This document shows, one piece after another, positions 61,570 through 64,000 of a stretch of 64,000 nucleotides of DNA. Under the pieces are notes generated by a model. That model was not told the DNA's origin. It did not search any database and was given only the letters and a program-made list of their open reading frames with translations. Both the position numbers and the translations under genes were made by a program. Every line of letters begins with the position of its first letter. Position 1 is the stretch's first letter. Source of the DNA: Octopus vulgaris. Lineage: Eukaryota. The stretch covers positions 51,832,001 through 51,896,000 of the forward strand of contig OX597815.1 in the NCBI GenBank assembly GCA_951406725.2. The letters are read 5' to 3'.

Positions 61570-62411
61570 TGAAAATATGCTATGTAAATAACCGTTAAAC
61601 AAAGGGAAATTACTATGTAATTGATCGTTATTAAGACAAAAGAGCTATTAGAATGACCATTAAATAAGGGAAAAAACTGAAGGGGAGGAAGTAAAAAGTA
61701 AAGGAGTAAAAATGCTCATAGCAATCACGTGTGCACACATGTACATACATACTCATGTGTGCATGCACACCCACGTACATGTGCCTATATGCATATGCTT
61801 ACTCACACTCACATGAAAGACACATGCGCACCCACACATATGCCAACAGAGGCACATATATATGCAACCATACATGTACACGTATACATATCCACACATA
61901 CACGCTCGCACATCTATGTATTTTAGACGTGCATTTGAATATAACTGTCACATATTATATTACAGATAAATTCCTCTATTTACATAGTATCGAGGTCTCT
62001 TTCATTCTTTTGTTGTCTTACCATTACTGTTAATATATATTTGTGTGTCTCAGCTTGTCCCTACCACCATCACTTGACAACTGATGTTGGTGTGTCACTT
62101 AGCAGTTCTGCAAAAGAGACCAATAGAATAAGTAATAAGCTTACAAAGAATAAGTCCTTGGGTTGATTTGTTCGACTAAAAGGCGATGCTGCAGCATGGT
62201 CACAGTCAAATGACTGAAACAAGTAAATGATATATATACATATATATATACACACACACACACAAAGAAATGAAAATATAAGTTTTATGGTATAACCCAC
62301 CATAAAATCTATAGGTGGCATTTATTGTCAAATGCTTCTTATACCTTGTCAAAATTGATTTTCTCACGATGCACCAATATCTCCACATTTAAGTTAGTGG
62401 CTGATCTGATT

Positions 62412-63658
62412 CTTACCAATAGTAGTCTACAGTTGTGGATCTCACCCTACCTTTCCTTATTCCCCTTCCCTTCCTTCCACTGGCCTTGTACTTAAATATA
62501 GCAACTGCATGTTTGTGACTTGTATCAACTGTCTGACTGAGGAAACATTTAGTTTGATTATGCATGATGCATTTAAGGACTGCATTTATAGTTGACATCA
62601 TCATAATATTCATAAAGTCAGTGAGCTGACAGAATCATTAGTTCACTGGACAAAATGCTTAGCAGCATAACTTTGCCTTTCATCCTTTTGGAGTCAATAA
62701 AATAATTAACAGTTAAAAGCATTGGAGTCAATGAAATTTACTAGCCTCTTGCCCCTAAAATTACAAGCCTTTTGGCAGTAGTAAAAATAATTCTTTTAAT
62801 ATTTATAACTCAGGATTCTTTGACAAAGAGGTTCTAACTGATTGCTGTCTTTCTTTGCAACTGGGTAAGTTCATAGCTGTTTTAGAATGTCATATTCAAG
62901 GCAGTGCCCCAGCATGGCCAGTCCAATGAGCAAAAGAAAAAACAAATAAAATAATACAGGAATAAAAGAATAAACGAATAAGAGTCAATATTTTCTGTCT
63001 TGGCAGAAATCTAGATATTTACAGGGATTATTGCTGCAGTTAACTTCATTCACCTTCAGCATCAAGAATTCATTGACAATGAGCTCCCACTGATACCCAT
63101 CATTCACTGCAGATAGTGGGAGACCATGACTTCTTTGCTTTCTTGGTCTTTGTGTTGGTCCCTATGATGTCACTGGGTGAATTACTTTTTTCATTCTTCC
63201 AAAAGTGTCTACTTAAATATCATGGATTGTGACTTGTTAATTTTTGACAGGGCAATGAAAAATGTTGGTAGGTCTTATGCTAGTTGGGAAGAGAGATATG
63301 TTAGTAAGAGGAGATACTATCATGTTAGAAAAGGGATGGGGAAAATGAGCTGGGAAGAGAAACAGCTAAAACCTAACTGAAAAGAAAAGCAAGAAAGAAA
63401 CATAGGCTTGAACTTGGTATTTCTTTATTTCATCAGTTACATGTTTCAATATTTGGTGACACAATGTCATGCTATAAATGCAACCCTTAAATGCAGCATG
63501 CATAATCAAGCCAAATGTTTCCTCAGACAGTTGATACAAGTCACAAATATGCAGTTGCTATATTTCAGCACTCATGAGGTACAAGGCCAGTAGAAGGAAG
63601 GGAAGGGGAATAAGGAAAGGTAGGGTGAGATCCTCAATTGTAGACTGCTGTTGATAAG
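62412..63658. repeat. ~200-bp inverted repeat pair (62412-62610 / 63448-63658)
   Basis: GGATCTCACCCTACCTTTCCTTATTCCCCTTCCC... and its reverse complement, with a few indels. Confidence 0.88.
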
Positions 63659-64000
63659 TACTATAGATGGAAACAGGCACCTAGTACCACAGATGTAAAT
63701 TGGCACCAAAGAAAGTGGATTATTTGTTGCATTGGTTTGCTGGGAGCTGTATTATTTAGTCTGGCTATGTGCTACTCCCAAATAAAAGCAATCATGATAT
63801 TTAGGATTTGAGTAACATGTTTATATGGTGGTTGATATTGCAATTGTTATTTTACATAAGCCATTATGCTTGTGTGTGAGAGGAGAAAATGTTGTTTGTA
63901 CTTGATGAGAAGAGAGAACGTTATGCTTGGAAAGAGGTGAGAATGAATGCTTAGAAAGTGGAGGCCTTTTAACACAAGGTCAGTGTGGTATGAATGCTGG

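Overview
AT-rich, microsatellite-rich animal genomic DNA. The repeat landscape suggests a coleoid cephalopod such as Octopus (inference). Two spliced genes lie tail-to-tail. The first is the last four coding exons of SUGP1 (+, 156-3875, G-patch C-terminus ...NNPRRPYY*). The second is a complete 12-exon hnRNP M/MYEF2-like gene (-, ATG 28169 to stop 15209, 655 aa): RS-rich N-terminus, RRM1, RRM2, a long Gly/Met-rich region, RRM3. It has two GT-AG U12-type (minor) introns at equivalent positions in RRM2 and RRM3, a repeat-free CpG-rich first intron with splice-site-masking hairpins, and a long repeat-poor 3' region. From ~29 kb to the end I see no host gene, only transposons: RTE and CR1-type LINE remnants, tRNA-derived SINEs, Helitrons, mariner pieces and a Penelope GIY-YIG fragment. 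Most notable: (1) a cluster of hammerhead ribozyme motifs, including long-stem-II forms and a retrozyme-like direct-repeat unit; (2) a two-SINE composite inserted as one unit with a 15-bp TSD; (3) a ~3-kb tandem array built from an RTE 3' UTR segment and capped by an inverted copy. All calls were made by eye; no searches or folding programs were run.
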